The notes beneath the pieces were generated by a model. It made no database searches. It was not told the DNA's origin and saw only the letters and a list, made by a program, of their open reading frames with translations. A DNA stretch of 61,584 bases, filler included. It is 4 parts of 4 records of this genome, joined end to end, with 100 filler letters (N's around TTAATTAATTAA, not from the genome) between each part and the next. Parts side by side here need not be neighbours in the genome. Positions count along the whole stretch, not along the records: positions 38,233 to 53,149 come from SRR31156797_6999; 3 more parts are not named here. The stretch is one strand, 5' to 3'. The position numbers and the translations under genes were made by a program. Below are positions 40,175 through 50,418 of the stretch, piece by piece; the first letter of the stretch is position 1, and each line of letters opens with the position of its first letter.

Positions 40175-40205
40175 CAAAAATAACCAACTTTTTGATAAAA
40201 GCAAA
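40175..40205 (-). promoter_or_regulatory. Bacteroidota -33/-7 promoter of iorAB
   Basis: TTTG-19 nt-TATTTTTG on the minus strand. Confidence 0.7.
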
Positions 40206-40326
40206 TGTCAAAAAGCATATGCAAACGATTTAAATCGATTCTAAATGACATTGATTCATTTTCAAGTTTATTACAATAATTTTGTTTCCTATATGAATAC
40301 ACGCTAATTTTAGTGTCCTATTTAAA

Positions 40327-41109
40327 ATGAATATGATGAAATACGGGATATGCCTATCCAGCCAAATACCAGTGAGAAACTCACGCTCTGAAAAATCAGA
40401 AATGGTCACACAAATGCTTTTCGGAGAAACATGTAAAATTGTTGATCAGAAAGGATCATGGTATTTTGTATACACTGATACAGACCAATACTTAGGCTGG
40501 TGTGATGTAAAAATGGTTACAATTATTTCTAAAGAAGAATACCTTAAAGTTGAAGAAAACAGTCATCCATGTGTATCTTCAGCTTTTGCTCAAATAGAAG
40601 TAAATAATGAATTACTATTTATCTCACAAGGTAGCACAATACCATTTTTAAAAGAAAATATTGCATTCATTGGCAACAATACATACAATCTTTTAAATGG
40701 ATCTGTTGAGAACAATGAAAACATTATACAAACTGCAAAAAAAATGCTCGGAGCACCTTACCTTTGGGGAGGTAGAACAATAATGGGGATTGATTGCTCG
40801 GGGTTTATCGTGAACTTGTTTAAAACAAAAAACGTATACCTACCTAGAGATGCCAGTGAGCAAGTAGCCTATGGTGATTCTGTTGCCTTCCTTAATGAAG
40901 CAAAAAAAGGTGACCTTTGCTTTTTCGATAATGAAGAAGGTAAGATTATTCATGTAGGAATGCTTATAGACAACCAAAATATTATTCATGCATCAGGCAA
41001 AGTAAGAATAGATCAAATTGATCATCAGGGCATTTACAATAATGAATTAAAAAAATACACCCATCATTTAAGAATTATTAAACGCTTAAAAACCACACAA
41101 AATGATTAA
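40327..41109 (+). CDS. SH3b + NlpC/P60 (C40) peptidase
   Basis: GAPYLWGG...GIDCSG, LPRDA, HVG, IIHAS. Confidence 0.92.
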   Translation: MNMMKYGICLSSQIPVRNSRSEKSEMVTQMLFGETCKIVDQKGSWYFVYTDTDQYLGWCDVKMVTIISKEEYLKVEENSHPCVSSAFAQIEVNNELLFISQGSTIPFLKENIAFIGNNTYNLLNGSVENNENIIQTAKKMLGAPYLWGGRTIMGIDCSGFIVNLFKTKNVYLPRDASEQVAYGDSVAFLNEAKKGDLCFFDNEEGKIIHVGMLIDNQNIIHASGKVRIDQIDHQGIYNNELKKYTHHLRIIKRLKTTQND

Positions 41110-41422
41110 TACAAATACAGAATTCGTTGGAGGACATGAAATAGTTGAGACTCTTGATGTAGTAAGAGGAAGCACAGTCAGAGCACGTCACCTGGGAAGA
41201 GATATCTTTGCTGGATTAAAAAACCTGGTTGGTGGCGAAGTTAGTGAGTATACCAAACTAATGGCACATGCAAGAGAACAAGCTATGCAGCGAATGAATG
41301 ATGAAGCCCAAAAAATTAATGCCGATGCTGTTATTAACATTCGTTTTACTACAGCAATGGTTATGCAAGGCTGCTCAGAAATTATGGCTTATGGCACAGC
41401 AGTAAAATTACGAAAAATATAA
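41102..41422 (+). CDS. YbjQ/UPF0145 family protein
   Basis: GRDIFAGLKNLVGGE...AREQA...AYGTAV. Confidence 0.92.
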   Translation: MINTNTEFVGGHEIVETLDVVRGSTVRARHLGRDIFAGLKNLVGGEVSEYTKLMAHAREQAMQRMNDEAQKINADAVINIRFTTAMVMQGCSEIMAYGTAVKLRKI

Positions 41423-41424
41423 CT

Positions 41425-41538
41425 ATGGTATATTTCCCTATAATCGGATTAAGCATAGTAGTAATTGCCATTATTATACTTGGCATTCTTCAATACAATA
41501 AGAGTAAATCAGAAAACTTTAATAAGAAGGATTATTAA
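41425..41538 (+). CDS. Small single-pass membrane protein (37 aa)
   Basis: MVYFPIIGLSIVVIAIIILGILQYNKSKSENFNKKDY fills the gap and overlaps the next start (TAATG). Confidence 0.7.
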   Translation: MVYFPIIGLSIVVIAIIILGILQYNKSKSENFNKKDY

Positions 41539-41975
41539 TGACATACTCCTATAAGTATCCAAGACCGGCAGTAACAGTTGATATCATTTTATTTACAAAT
41601 GAAAATCTACCTCGTATTCTATTGATAAAAAGGAAAAATGATCCTTTTCAAAACAAATGGGCTTTACCAGGTGGTTTTTTGGATATGAATGAAACACTTG
41701 AAACTGCAGCTGAGAGGGAACTATATGAAGAAACGAAACTGAAAAACATCAACCTTAAGCAGTTTAAAACATATTCAGATCCAGAACGTGATCCACGTGG
41801 TCGAACCGTGACAACTGTTTTTTGGTCAATCATAAATAAGGAAAAAAAAAGGAATACAAAAGCTGGAGATGATGCTTCTGAAGCACATTGGTTTCCGATA
41901 AATGAACTTCCCCAACTTGCATTTGACCATGATATGATAATAAATGAGTTTAAAACCTTTTTAAATTATCAATAA
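41538..41975 (+). CDS. NUDIX hydrolase (ADP-ribose pyrophosphatase-like)
   Basis: WALPGG...ETLETAAERELYEET, RDPR, LAFDH. Confidence 0.93.
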   Translation: MTYSYKYPRPAVTVDIILFTNENLPRILLIKRKNDPFQNKWALPGGFLDMNETLETAAERELYEETKLKNINLKQFKTYSDPERDPRGRTVTTVFWSIINKEKKRNTKAGDDASEAHWFPINELPQLAFDHDMIINEFKTFLNYQ

Positions 41976-42133
41976 TCTCAGATTTTTGACCCTCTGAAAG
42001 CCTTATTTTACGCCAATTGTCCATTTTTTTTGATAAATCGCTGTTAAAGACTTGTTAAAAAAAATATCTTTTTCGTATTTTAGTAGAAATTTTTGTCATT
42101 GAAAAGACATTAAGCCAACGAAACTAAATTATC

Positions 42134-42823
42134 ATGGTAGAGAAAACACTTATACTGTTAGTTGAAGACAACCCTGCGGAAGCTGTGATGGTAGCCGATT
42201 CACTTGAAGAGAAAGGGTACGAGGTACTGAAAGCTGAAGATGGAGAGCAAGGAATGGATCATTTTTCAAATCATCCTATTGACCTTGTTATACTCGATGT
42301 TGTGCTTCCGAATGAGAATGGATATGAAATAGCCAAAAAAATACGCGAAATTGATAACGATATCCCAATCATTTTCCTCACTTCTAAAAACATGAAAGAT
42401 GATCAAATCTCTGGGTTCAATGCCGGGGGAGACGACTACATCGCAAAACCATTTGATAGTGAGCTACTTCTACTCAGAATAAATGCACTTTTAAAGCGCA
42501 CTATTAAAAACAAAGAGGACGAATGTTTATATAAAATCGGGGAATTCAATTTTGATTGCAAAAATCTTGAACTTAAAAGCCCACTTGAAAAACGTCGCAT
42601 GACAAAAAGGGAATCAGACGTACTTCAAATTCTTTGCGATAACATGAATGAAATAGTAAAACGCGAAGATATGCTTACAAAAATATGGGGCGAAAATGAT
42701 TATTTCAATGGTCGCAGTTTAGATGTATTTATTACAAAATTACGTAAATACCTCAAAGCAGACGAGAGAATCAAAATTGAAAATATACATGGCGTAGGAT
42801 TTGTGCTAAGTGTAAATATTTAA
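42134..42823 (+). CDS. OmpR-family response regulator (RprY-like)
   Basis: Receiver domain (VED, LD, KPF) and wHTH RSLDVFITKLRK. Confidence 0.93.
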   Translation: MVEKTLILLVEDNPAEAVMVADSLEEKGYEVLKAEDGEQGMDHFSNHPIDLVILDVVLPNENGYEIAKKIREIDNDIPIIFLTSKNMKDDQISGFNAGGDDYIAKPFDSELLLLRINALLKRTIKNKEDECLYKIGEFNFDCKNLELKSPLEKRRMTKRESDVLQILCDNMNEIVKREDMLTKIWGENDYFNGRSLDVFITKLRKYLKADERIKIENIHGVGFVLSVNI

Positions 42824-42827
42824 TTGC

Positions 42828-43490
42828 ATGTCTATTCAGGAAAACCTTAAGCAAATACTAGAAGAAATACCAAATTCAGTAAAACTTATAGCCGTTTCCA
42901 AGACAAAACCCATCGAAGACCTCCAGGAAGCCTACAATTTTGGTCAAAGAGACTTCGGGGAAAATAAAGCTCAGGAATTACAAAACAAAGCACCTGAAAT
43001 GCCCAATGATGTCAAATGGCATATGATTGGACATATGCAGCGCAATAAAGTAAAGTATATTGCGCCTTTTGTACATTTAATTCATGCAGTAGATTCCTGG
43101 AAACTAGCCGCTGAGATTAATAAGCAGGCAGAAAAAAATAACCGATCTATTAATTGCTTACTTCAATTTCATATCGCTGATGAAGCAACAAAATTTGGAT
43201 TTTCCTTAGACGAATTCCTAGAGATACATAACGAAAACAATTTCAACTCACTTCCTCATGTCAATTTTATTGGTGTAATGGGAATGGCAACCTATACTGA
43301 TAATCAAGACCAAATACGAGGTGAATTCAAGCAATTAAAAACAATATTCGAAAAGCTAAAAACAGAACATAACTTCAATAAATTCAAAGAAATCTCAATG
43401 GGGATGTCTCAAGATTATTCTATTGCAATTGAAGAAGGAAGTACCATGATTAGGGTGGGAAGTTCTATTTTTGGTGCACGTAATTATTAA
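42828..43490 (+). CDS. yggS: PLP homeostasis protein
   Basis: AVSKTK, FGENKAQE, WHMIG, SMGMS, RVGSSIFG. Confidence 0.95.
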   Translation: MSIQENLKQILEEIPNSVKLIAVSKTKPIEDLQEAYNFGQRDFGENKAQELQNKAPEMPNDVKWHMIGHMQRNKVKYIAPFVHLIHAVDSWKLAAEINKQAEKNNRSINCLLQFHIADEATKFGFSLDEFLEIHNENNFNSLPHVNFIGVMGMATYTDNQDQIRGEFKQLKTIFEKLKTEHNFNKFKEISMGMSQDYSIAIEEGSTMIRVGSSIFGARNY

Positions 43491-43530
43491 AAAAGTGCTT
43501 AATTTGTAATCAAAATCAAAAAATACATCT

Positions 43531-44517
43531 ATGGCTGATCTCAAAACAACTTTCGCAGGGCTTGAATTAAAAAACCCAATTATAGTAGGTAGCTCTGGGC
43601 TCACTGATAGTGTTGAAAAAATCAAAGATATTGCCAATCAAGGCGCAGGAGCTGTTATTCTAAAAAGCTTGTTTGAAGAACAAATCTCTTATGAGGCTTA
43701 CAATACAATTAACAGTAATGAAACAAATGAATATCCTGAAGCTGCTGATTATATTAAAGGATATACAAAAGATAATACTGTTAATGATTACCTCAACCTC
43801 ATCAAAGAAGCTAAAAAAGCTGTAGATATACCTATCATTGCAAGTATAAATTGTGTTACAGCAAATGATTGGATTGAGTTTTCGAAAAAAGTAGAAACCG
43901 CCGGAGCTGATGCCCTTGAAGTAAATGTTTTCATACTACCTACTGACCGCAATAAAAGCTCAAAGGAATATGAATTACGTTATCATGAACTATACGAAAA
44001 GCTAAAAAAGCAAATAACTATTCCAATCATATTTAAAATTGGTCAACAGTTTACAAATATTCTCGGATTATTGAATCGTTTCAATGCTGATGGCGTTAGC
44101 GGAGTTACACTTTTCAACCGCTTTTATGAACCCGACATTGATATCAATAAGCTTTCAATTAAAGCTGCTGAAGTATTTTCAAACCCTTCAGACATCCGCA
44201 AAGTTCTACGTTGGGTTGCTATTGCCTCAGGTAAAGTTGAAGGATTAGACATTTCTTCTTCAACGGGAGTACATGATGCAGAAGCTGCAATCAAAATGAT
44301 TTTGGCCGGTGCAACTACGGTTCAAATATGCAGTACCATATACCAAAAAGGGACCGGTATAATTATGGAAATTGTAGAAGGATTAAATAAATGGATGGAT
44401 GATAAAAATTTCTCTAACCTAAAAGAATTTAAAGGAAAGTTAAACTACAGGAAGCTTGAAAATCCTGAAATGTATGAGCGTTCACAATTTATGAAATACT
44501 TTTCAAACCATGTTTAA
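43531..44517 (+). CDS. Dihydroorotate dehydrogenase-like protein
   Basis: GLELKNPII, LKSLFEEQ, LFNRFY, GVHD, AGA..VQ. Confidence 0.9.
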   Translation: MADLKTTFAGLELKNPIIVGSSGLTDSVEKIKDIANQGAGAVILKSLFEEQISYEAYNTINSNETNEYPEAADYIKGYTKDNTVNDYLNLIKEAKKAVDIPIIASINCVTANDWIEFSKKVETAGADALEVNVFILPTDRNKSSKEYELRYHELYEKLKKQITIPIIFKIGQQFTNILGLLNRFNADGVSGVTLFNRFYEPDIDINKLSIKAAEVFSNPSDIRKVLRWVAIASGKVEGLDISSSTGVHDAEAAIKMILAGATTVQICSTIYQKGTGIIMEIVEGLNKWMDDKNFSNLKEFKGKLNYRKLENPEMYERSQFMKYFSNHV

Positions 44518-44531
44518 TAATTGTACACTAT

Positions 44532-44568
44532 AAAAAAAAAGCGAAGCTTTTATTGGCTTCGCTTTTTT
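44532..44568. terminator. Bidirectional intrinsic terminator
   Basis: A-run + GCGAAGC/GCTTCGC stem + T-run between convergent genes. Confidence 0.85.
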
Positions 44569-44586
44569 CATACAATTACTTTCGGG

Positions 44587-45099
44587 TTAAAAAGACTTTA
44601 AAACTATTTTTAACTGCTCTAACATCTCTCCTTCCACCTCACTCTTCTCATTTACAGCACTCTCTACTCTTTTATAAGATTGATCTAACAATTCTTGATT
44701 TGGCACAAATTCGAAATTTTCGATTACTGTAATAACCTCAAAAATCAACATATATTCACCTTCCAAAGCAATGTCAATAAAAACTTCCAGGTAATTACTA
44801 AAATCTAAACTAGAAGACCAACATGCAGTTAATAGCATTGATCTTAATTCAATATTAGATTTATGTTTTAATAAGTCTATTATGATCGAAACACCATTAG
44901 TGTCTTTCAAATCCTGAAAAATTGCCGAAATTTTATCCTTAATATCCTGTTCCTTTACCCTCACATACATATCAGCTAAATAAGGCAAATATTCAGCAAA
45001 TCCCTCTCTCCTAATCACTTCAAGGGTGCTTAGCTCAGTCTCAGCATTACCCGATTCTAATCCTTTTATCAATTCCTTATTTAATTTTTTCTTTTCCAT
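44587..45099 (-). CDS. Hypothetical alpha-helical (HEAT-like) protein
   Basis: About 170 aa, acidic and helical; TACTTTTG -7 box upstream on the minus strand. Confidence 0.75.
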   Translation of the reverse strand: MEKKKLNKELIKGLESGNAETELSTLEVIRREGFAEYLPYLADMYVRVKEQDIKDKISAIFQDLKDTNGVSIIIDLLKHKSNIELRSMLLTACWSSSLDFSNYLEVFIDIALEGEYMLIFEVITVIENFEFVPNQELLDQSYKRVESAVNEKSEVEGEMLEQLKIVLKSF

Positions 45100-45274
45100 T
45101 CTTTTCCATTTTTTTGACAAAAGTAATCATAATAAATACTTCAGAAAAAAGTGTTAGCCACTGCATACTGAAAAAATCCTTAATGATAAGAGAAGTGTTA
45201 CTTGCATATTATAGATTCTTATTTTATTTTTCGAATAAAATTTTTACATTTACATCAAACAAAAACGTTATAAT

Positions 45275-46186
45275 ATGCCAAGCATTATTAGGTTAATGAC
45301 TATCACTACTTTAGCTCTTGCAGTAACTTTAAGCTGCGGAACTGATAAATCGAAAAAAATTGAAAAGGATTTAGCCGATGAAAGTCAACAAAAAGCTGAA
45401 CAATTAAAAAAGGACTTTAACAAGGCTAAACAAGTTTTTTATTCATTGCCTTCACCAATTGAAACAGCAATGCTAATAAAAAGAAGTGGTGTAGATTATG
45501 ACGAATCACTTTTAAATCCTCTTGAAAATCAAAGTAAGTATGTAAGTTCATACAAACTTGCCATGAACCTTGGAGTTTATAGTGCAAACATTAGCTATTC
45601 CAGCATTTTTAATCAATCGCAAACATCTATTAAATATATGGCAGCCGCTAAAAAGCTGGCTGAAAATCTTGGTATATTGGATGCAATTGATCAAAAAACT
45701 GTAGAAAGACTAGAAAATAATATCAATAACCGTGATTCTTTAATGGATATCATCTCAGAAACATTTATGAATTCTGATAGCTTCTTAAAGGAAAACGGAA
45801 GACCTGAAACAGCTTCATTACTTATAGCAGGCGGTTGGATTGAAGGACTCTATTTAGCAACCCAACATGCTGCATTAAATCCGGAGAACGAAGAAATTGT
45901 TGATAGAATAACTGATCAAAAAATTTCATTGCAATCGCTAATTAAGCTTTTGGAAAGCTATAAAGAAAATGAAAATGTAGCAAAGGCTTTAGAGAGTCTT
46001 GTGAAAATTAATAAAATTTACGAAAACTTTACCATGGTGACCACAGATGTAAAATCAGTTACTGATGATGCAGAAAGAAAAACTTTACTTCAAGCAAAAA
46101 GTGATGTTTACCATGATAAAGAACACATCAAAGAACTAACAACTGTTGTCGATTCCATTAGAACCGGGATCGTGCAACCTGACTAA
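45275..46186 (+). CDS. Hypothetical lipoprotein
   Basis: TLSC lipobox; helical body with NLGVY and GGWIEGLY. Confidence 0.8.
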   Translation: MPSIIRLMTITTLALAVTLSCGTDKSKKIEKDLADESQQKAEQLKKDFNKAKQVFYSLPSPIETAMLIKRSGVDYDESLLNPLENQSKYVSSYKLAMNLGVYSANISYSSIFNQSQTSIKYMAAAKKLAENLGILDAIDQKTVERLENNINNRDSLMDIISETFMNSDSFLKENGRPETASLLIAGGWIEGLYLATQHAALNPENEEIVDRITDQKISLQSLIKLLESYKENENVAKALESLVKINKIYENFTMVTTDVKSVTDDAERKTLLQAKSDVYHDKEHIKELTTVVDSIRTGIVQPD

Positions 46187-46206
46187 ACTACTGCATATAA
46201 CTAGTC

Positions 46207-46235
46207 AAAAACGGAACTCCGGTTCCGTTTTTTTT
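46207..46235 (+). terminator. Intrinsic terminator
   Basis: AAAAACGGAAC-TCCG-GTTCCGTTTTTTTT. Confidence 0.85.
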
Positions 46236-46352
46236 ATGAACAAGAAATATTATTTAATCAATTTCGTTCATAAATACAATTAAATGGCAATATATTTGAA
46301 TATATGAATTTGAAATATTTTATTTGTGCTCAAAATAACCAAAATTTATCTT

Positions 46353-47033
46353 ATGAAAAGACTAAGCGTACTTGTTTTACTTACATTAATGGGATTGATT
46401 GCTATGGCGCAATCAGGGAAAGAATTTGAAAAAAATGCAACAGATGCCTACAAAGCTAAAAACTTTCCAAAAGCTTTTCTAGATTATTCAAGAGCTGCAG
46501 AGGCATATGAAAAAGAAGGTACTACAGACACCGCTTTATATTACAACACAACTATTGCCGGATATAAAGCAAAAAAATACGATGAACTCATTCCATATGC
46601 TCAAAAAGCTATTGATTTAAAACACGAAAAATCACATTTAGCTTATTATATAATGGCAATTGCTTATGAAAAGTTAAATAAAGATGAACTCTATATAGAA
46701 ACATTAAAGAAAGGTCACGAAGCTTTTCCAAAGTATAGCAAAATCAGTAAAAAACTAGCAATTGCTTATCTAAAAGAAGGAATGGAACCTTACAAAGAAG
46801 GAGCTAAAATTATTACTGATGCTGAACCTATTAGAGAATCTGATACTGATAAATATCTGAAAGAGCTTGAAAAAGCAAACGCTAAATTTAAAGAAGCTCT
46901 TGATATTTTCTTAAAAGCATATGAAGCTAATAATAAAGAAGAACAAGTATTAAAAATCTTATTGACTGTTTATCAAAATCTTGAAATGGAAGATAAAGCA
47001 GCTGAGATTGATGAAAAATTGAAATCAATTTAA
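46353..47033 (+). CDS. Secreted TPR-like protein
   Basis: Signal peptide ending AMA-Q; A/Y/K-rich helical repeats. Confidence 0.8.
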   Translation: MKRLSVLVLLTLMGLIAMAQSGKEFEKNATDAYKAKNFPKAFLDYSRAAEAYEKEGTTDTALYYNTTIAGYKAKKYDELIPYAQKAIDLKHEKSHLAYYIMAIAYEKLNKDELYIETLKKGHEAFPKYSKISKKLAIAYLKEGMEPYKEGAKIITDAEPIRESDTDKYLKELEKANAKFKEALDIFLKAYEANNKEEQVLKILLTVYQNLEMEDKAAEIDEKLKSI

Positions 47034-47046
47034 TCTTTATAAAACA

Positions 47047-47082
47047 CAAAAAAAACGTCCCGAGTTCGGGACGTTTTTTTTT
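47047..47082. terminator. Bidirectional intrinsic terminator
   Basis: A-run + CGTCCCG-AGTT-CGGGACG + T-run. Confidence 0.88.
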
Positions 47083-47097
47083 ATTTCTAAATTTTAC

Positions 47098-48249
47098 TTA
47101 TCTGAAGGAAATACCTAATCCAAAATTCACCATTGAATATTCCTGGTAAATATAAGCAGCATGCAGTGAAACAATTGCTAATTTTAATTGAAATCCAATT
47201 GCAGCATTAAATGAGCTATATTTTATATCTGCATCTATCGGATCAGTAATTATATTATCGCTATCTAGCACTGACACAATATTGTCACCATTATCATCAT
47301 GTGATGCATATTCACCTGTTGCATAAACATAATCCGGTATTAGATATTTACCATTTAGTGAAATATTAAAATTGCTACTTGCGTACCCTAAACTGGCAAA
47401 TGCAGTAAAAACACTAAGTTTTTTAGAAATAATAAAATTCACATTCCACGCAGAGGTAGTTAAAGTTAAGTCTTGTGTTCTGTAAAAATCATTTTCAACA
47501 GCAACATCATCTTCATCAATAGGTAAAGTTGGATCAACATATTCAAATACAAAATCATCTTCAACAAGAGCTGTGGGATAATAATCAATTTGTGTGTATG
47601 TTCCACTTAATCTGGACCAACCTCCCTGCAGTGACATATGGAATGGTAATTTATTAACGACTGGAATCCATTGCTTGAAATCATGTTTTAGACCAAAACC
47701 TAACATGCCAATTTTACCATAATCCCCAAACTCTAACTCCGGAAAAAACCTGAATGTAAGATCTGTCCCTTTAATAACACCTACACTTAATTGCATCATG
47801 GGTAAAGGAACAAAATCTAGCCCACTTCCATCAGGAAGGGTGTAAATGTCATTCAATGTTAAACTATTTCCAAACGGATCTTCAATTGTAGCTCCTACAG
47901 TTGCACCATCATTACTTCCCATAATTGTTGCTGAAGTTGTGCTAGAACCCGGTTCTATTACATGAAAGTCATAATCATCAAAACTAAATGTACCTGCAGA
48001 TGAAGGAACATTTACCAAAGTTGTATTAATTGTAAAATCAAATCCAAATTGTTGATGTGTTTCGGCAGTCCAAAACCATCCTGCATTCATAGCTGTTCCA
48101 AAACCTTTTCCAAAAGGTTCAAGATATGCTTTGGTCAGGTTCTCCATATCCTGGGCACCTGACGTTATAAACCTGCCTATTTCACCTTGTGAAAATGCGC
48201 CAAATGGCATAATAATGGCAAAAAGCAAATAAAATGCTGTTTTTTTCAT
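47098..48249 (-). CDS. Outer-membrane beta-barrel-like protein (DUF6588-like)
   Basis: Signal peptide, GFGLKHDFKQW, C-terminal FGLGISFR. Confidence 0.75.
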   Translation of the reverse strand: MKKTAFYLLFAIIMPFGAFSQGEIGRFITSGAQDMENLTKAYLEPFGKGFGTAMNAGWFWTAETHQQFGFDFTINTTLVNVPSSAGTFSFDDYDFHVIEPGSSTTSATIMGSNDGATVGATIEDPFGNSLTLNDIYTLPDGSGLDFVPLPMMQLSVGVIKGTDLTFRFFPELEFGDYGKIGMLGFGLKHDFKQWIPVVNKLPFHMSLQGGWSRLSGTYTQIDYYPTALVEDDFVFEYVDPTLPIDEDDVAVENDFYRTQDLTLTTSAWNVNFIISKKLSVFTAFASLGYASSNFNISLNGKYLIPDYVYATGEYASHDDNGDNIVSVLDSDNIITDPIDADIKYSSFNAAIGFQLKLAIVSLHAAYIYQEYSMVNFGLGISFR

Positions 48250-48396
48250 AATATGTAAAATTTAGTTATTGCAATATCTATTTAATCCAAAATGAATACC
48301 TTTGCTTGATACATCATTACGAATTTAAACAAATGATTTTAAATGATGTTCGAATAAATTTATTTTGTCATTTTTTTAACAATTATCTAAACTAAT

Positions 48397-48771
48397 ATGA
48401 AAAAAATAATTAGCACAGAAAACGCACCTAAGGCAATTGGTCCATACAGTCAAGCCACAGAAGCAAACGGAACCATTTATATTTCAGGCCAACTTCCTAT
48501 CAACCCTGCCACTGGAGAAATGCCAGATAACATTAAAGACCAAACCAAACAAGCACTTGAAAACACAAAAGCTATTCTTGAATCTCAAGGGCTAACAATG
48601 GAAAATATTGTAAAAGCAACTGTTCTCTTAGATAATATCGAAGACTTTGCAGCTATGAATGAAGTTTATGCTGAATATTTCAAGGTAAATCCTCCTGCAA
48701 GAGCTGCATTTGAAGTAGCCAATTTACCTAAGGCTGCCTTAGTTGAAATAGAAAGTATTGCTGTAAAATAG
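48397..48771 (+). CDS. ridA: RidA enamine/imine deaminase
   Basis: APKAIGPYSQA, SGQLP, MNEVY, PPAR, VEIE. Confidence 0.94.
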   Translation: MKKIISTENAPKAIGPYSQATEANGTIYISGQLPINPATGEMPDNIKDQTKQALENTKAILESQGLTMENIVKATVLLDNIEDFAAMNEVYAEYFKVNPPARAAFEVANLPKAALVEIESIAVK

Positions 48772-48959
48772 AAATAGAAACAAATATTGTAATATTCAAA
48801 TTAGTCTCATGCTTGTTGCAATAAATAGGTTATTTTTGTAACAAAATGGCCAAAATTGCGTGTTTATAAGCAAATAGGCGGTTTTTTTAGGCTATTTTTT
48901 TTAAATTTATTGATTTAATGCTTATTATTGCCTAATATAGGTACTAAATAGGATACGAA

Positions 48960-50381
48960 ATGATAAAATCATTGGTCGTCGCATTTAATTTTTTAGTGAT
49001 ATTAGTGCTCACTAATATTTTTGGGAGTGTTACTATTACTCAAAATATTCCTGACTCTGTTGATGCCGGCCAGCAATTTACGGTAACAGTCACCATTGAC
49101 AAAAGTAATATTGGCGCTTTTGGAAGATATCAATTGGTTCTACCCAATGGATTCGAGGCTAAAGCTAAAGATTCCAACGGTGGTGCGTTTAGCTTTTCCA
49201 ATCAAAAATTAAGAATTCAATGGCTTACCCTACCTTATGATGATCGATTTACCATAAGTTTTGATATTATTGTACCTGCAACTCTGGAAGGTGAAGTTCC
49301 ACTTAATGCAACATTTGCATACATCAAAGACAATAGCCCTACACTAGAAGAAATACCAACGCATACATTAACTATTAAAGGTAATGAAAGTGCAGAAGAC
49401 TTAACAGCTGTAAACACTTACAATTACAAAGGAATTCGAATGAAAGAGATTGACTGTATTCGTCAAAAACCATATCTGAATGAAGAGGACGAGATTATAG
49501 TAAATCTACTAGTCGTAAATAAAGCAGGAATCAATGAGTTTGGTAAAATTCAAGAACAAATACCACGTGGGTATAAAGCTATTGCACTTAGAAGCAAAAA
49601 TGCAATGTTCACTAATAATGGACGTATCTTAAAATTTATGTGGATGCAATTTCCACCAGATGAACATTTTGTTGTTACATACAAATTAATCAGGACTGAA
49701 GAAATACCAAATCAGGTTTTTCTAATAAAGGGTGAACTAACGTATACCAGAGATGGCCGTAATCAAATGACAGATATTGCTGAAAGAAATGTAAACCTTG
49801 AAGAATTTGCAGAAGAAGATTTGGTTGTTGATAATTCACCAATGCCGGAAGAAGAGGATGACAAGAAAACAGATCTATTAGACGCCGGAGACCAATTCAC
49901 TGGGACAACATACGTATCAAATGAAACTGATAAAAGCCAAAATAAAGAGCTAAAAGAAAGAACTGAATATTACGAAAAGAGCTTACAGAACTATGCTGAG
50001 AATACAGGTAAAACTAATTTAATTGACCAAACAAGTCAGTATTCTAATGAAAGTAGTCAAAGTTATCAGGAAACTAATTATTCAATTACAAATCCTAATG
50101 GTGTGACTTACAGAGTACAAGTAGCAGCAGGGCATAAACTAGTTTCTGACAATTATTTTAGAAGGTTGAATCTTAACGAGTATGTACAGATTGAAATTCA
50201 TCAAGGTTGGCATAAATATACTGTTGGATCACATAATGTTTACAAAGGAGCAAGAGACCACAGAAACAATATTTGGAACTCCACTCCTATAAAAGATGCT
50301 TTTGTATGTGCATACAATAATGGACAAAGAATTACTGTACAGGAAGCACTTATGATTGCCAACCAAAAATGGTATAAATAA
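48960..50381 (+). CDS. Secreted multidomain hypothetical protein (two Ig/cohesin-like domains, acidic linker, SPOR-like C-terminus)
   Basis: Repeated LPNGF...W / IPRGY...W beta domains; YRVQVAA...KYTVG...DAFV.AY C-terminus. Confidence 0.65.
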   Translation: MIKSLVVAFNFLVILVLTNIFGSVTITQNIPDSVDAGQQFTVTVTIDKSNIGAFGRYQLVLPNGFEAKAKDSNGGAFSFSNQKLRIQWLTLPYDDRFTISFDIIVPATLEGEVPLNATFAYIKDNSPTLEEIPTHTLTIKGNESAEDLTAVNTYNYKGIRMKEIDCIRQKPYLNEEDEIIVNLLVVNKAGINEFGKIQEQIPRGYKAIALRSKNAMFTNNGRILKFMWMQFPPDEHFVVTYKLIRTEEIPNQVFLIKGELTYTRDGRNQMTDIAERNVNLEEFAEEDLVVDNSPMPEEEDDKKTDLLDAGDQFTGTTYVSNETDKSQNKELKERTEYYEKSLQNYAENTGKTNLIDQTSQYSNESSQSYQETNYSITNPNGVTYRVQVAAGHKLVSDNYFRRLNLNEYVQIEIHQGWHKYTVGSHNVYKGARDHRNNIWNSTPIKDAFVCAYNNGQRITVQEALMIANQKWYK

Positions 50382-50418
50382 ATCACAACTAAAACCATAT
50401 TGACAAAATAAATATCGG

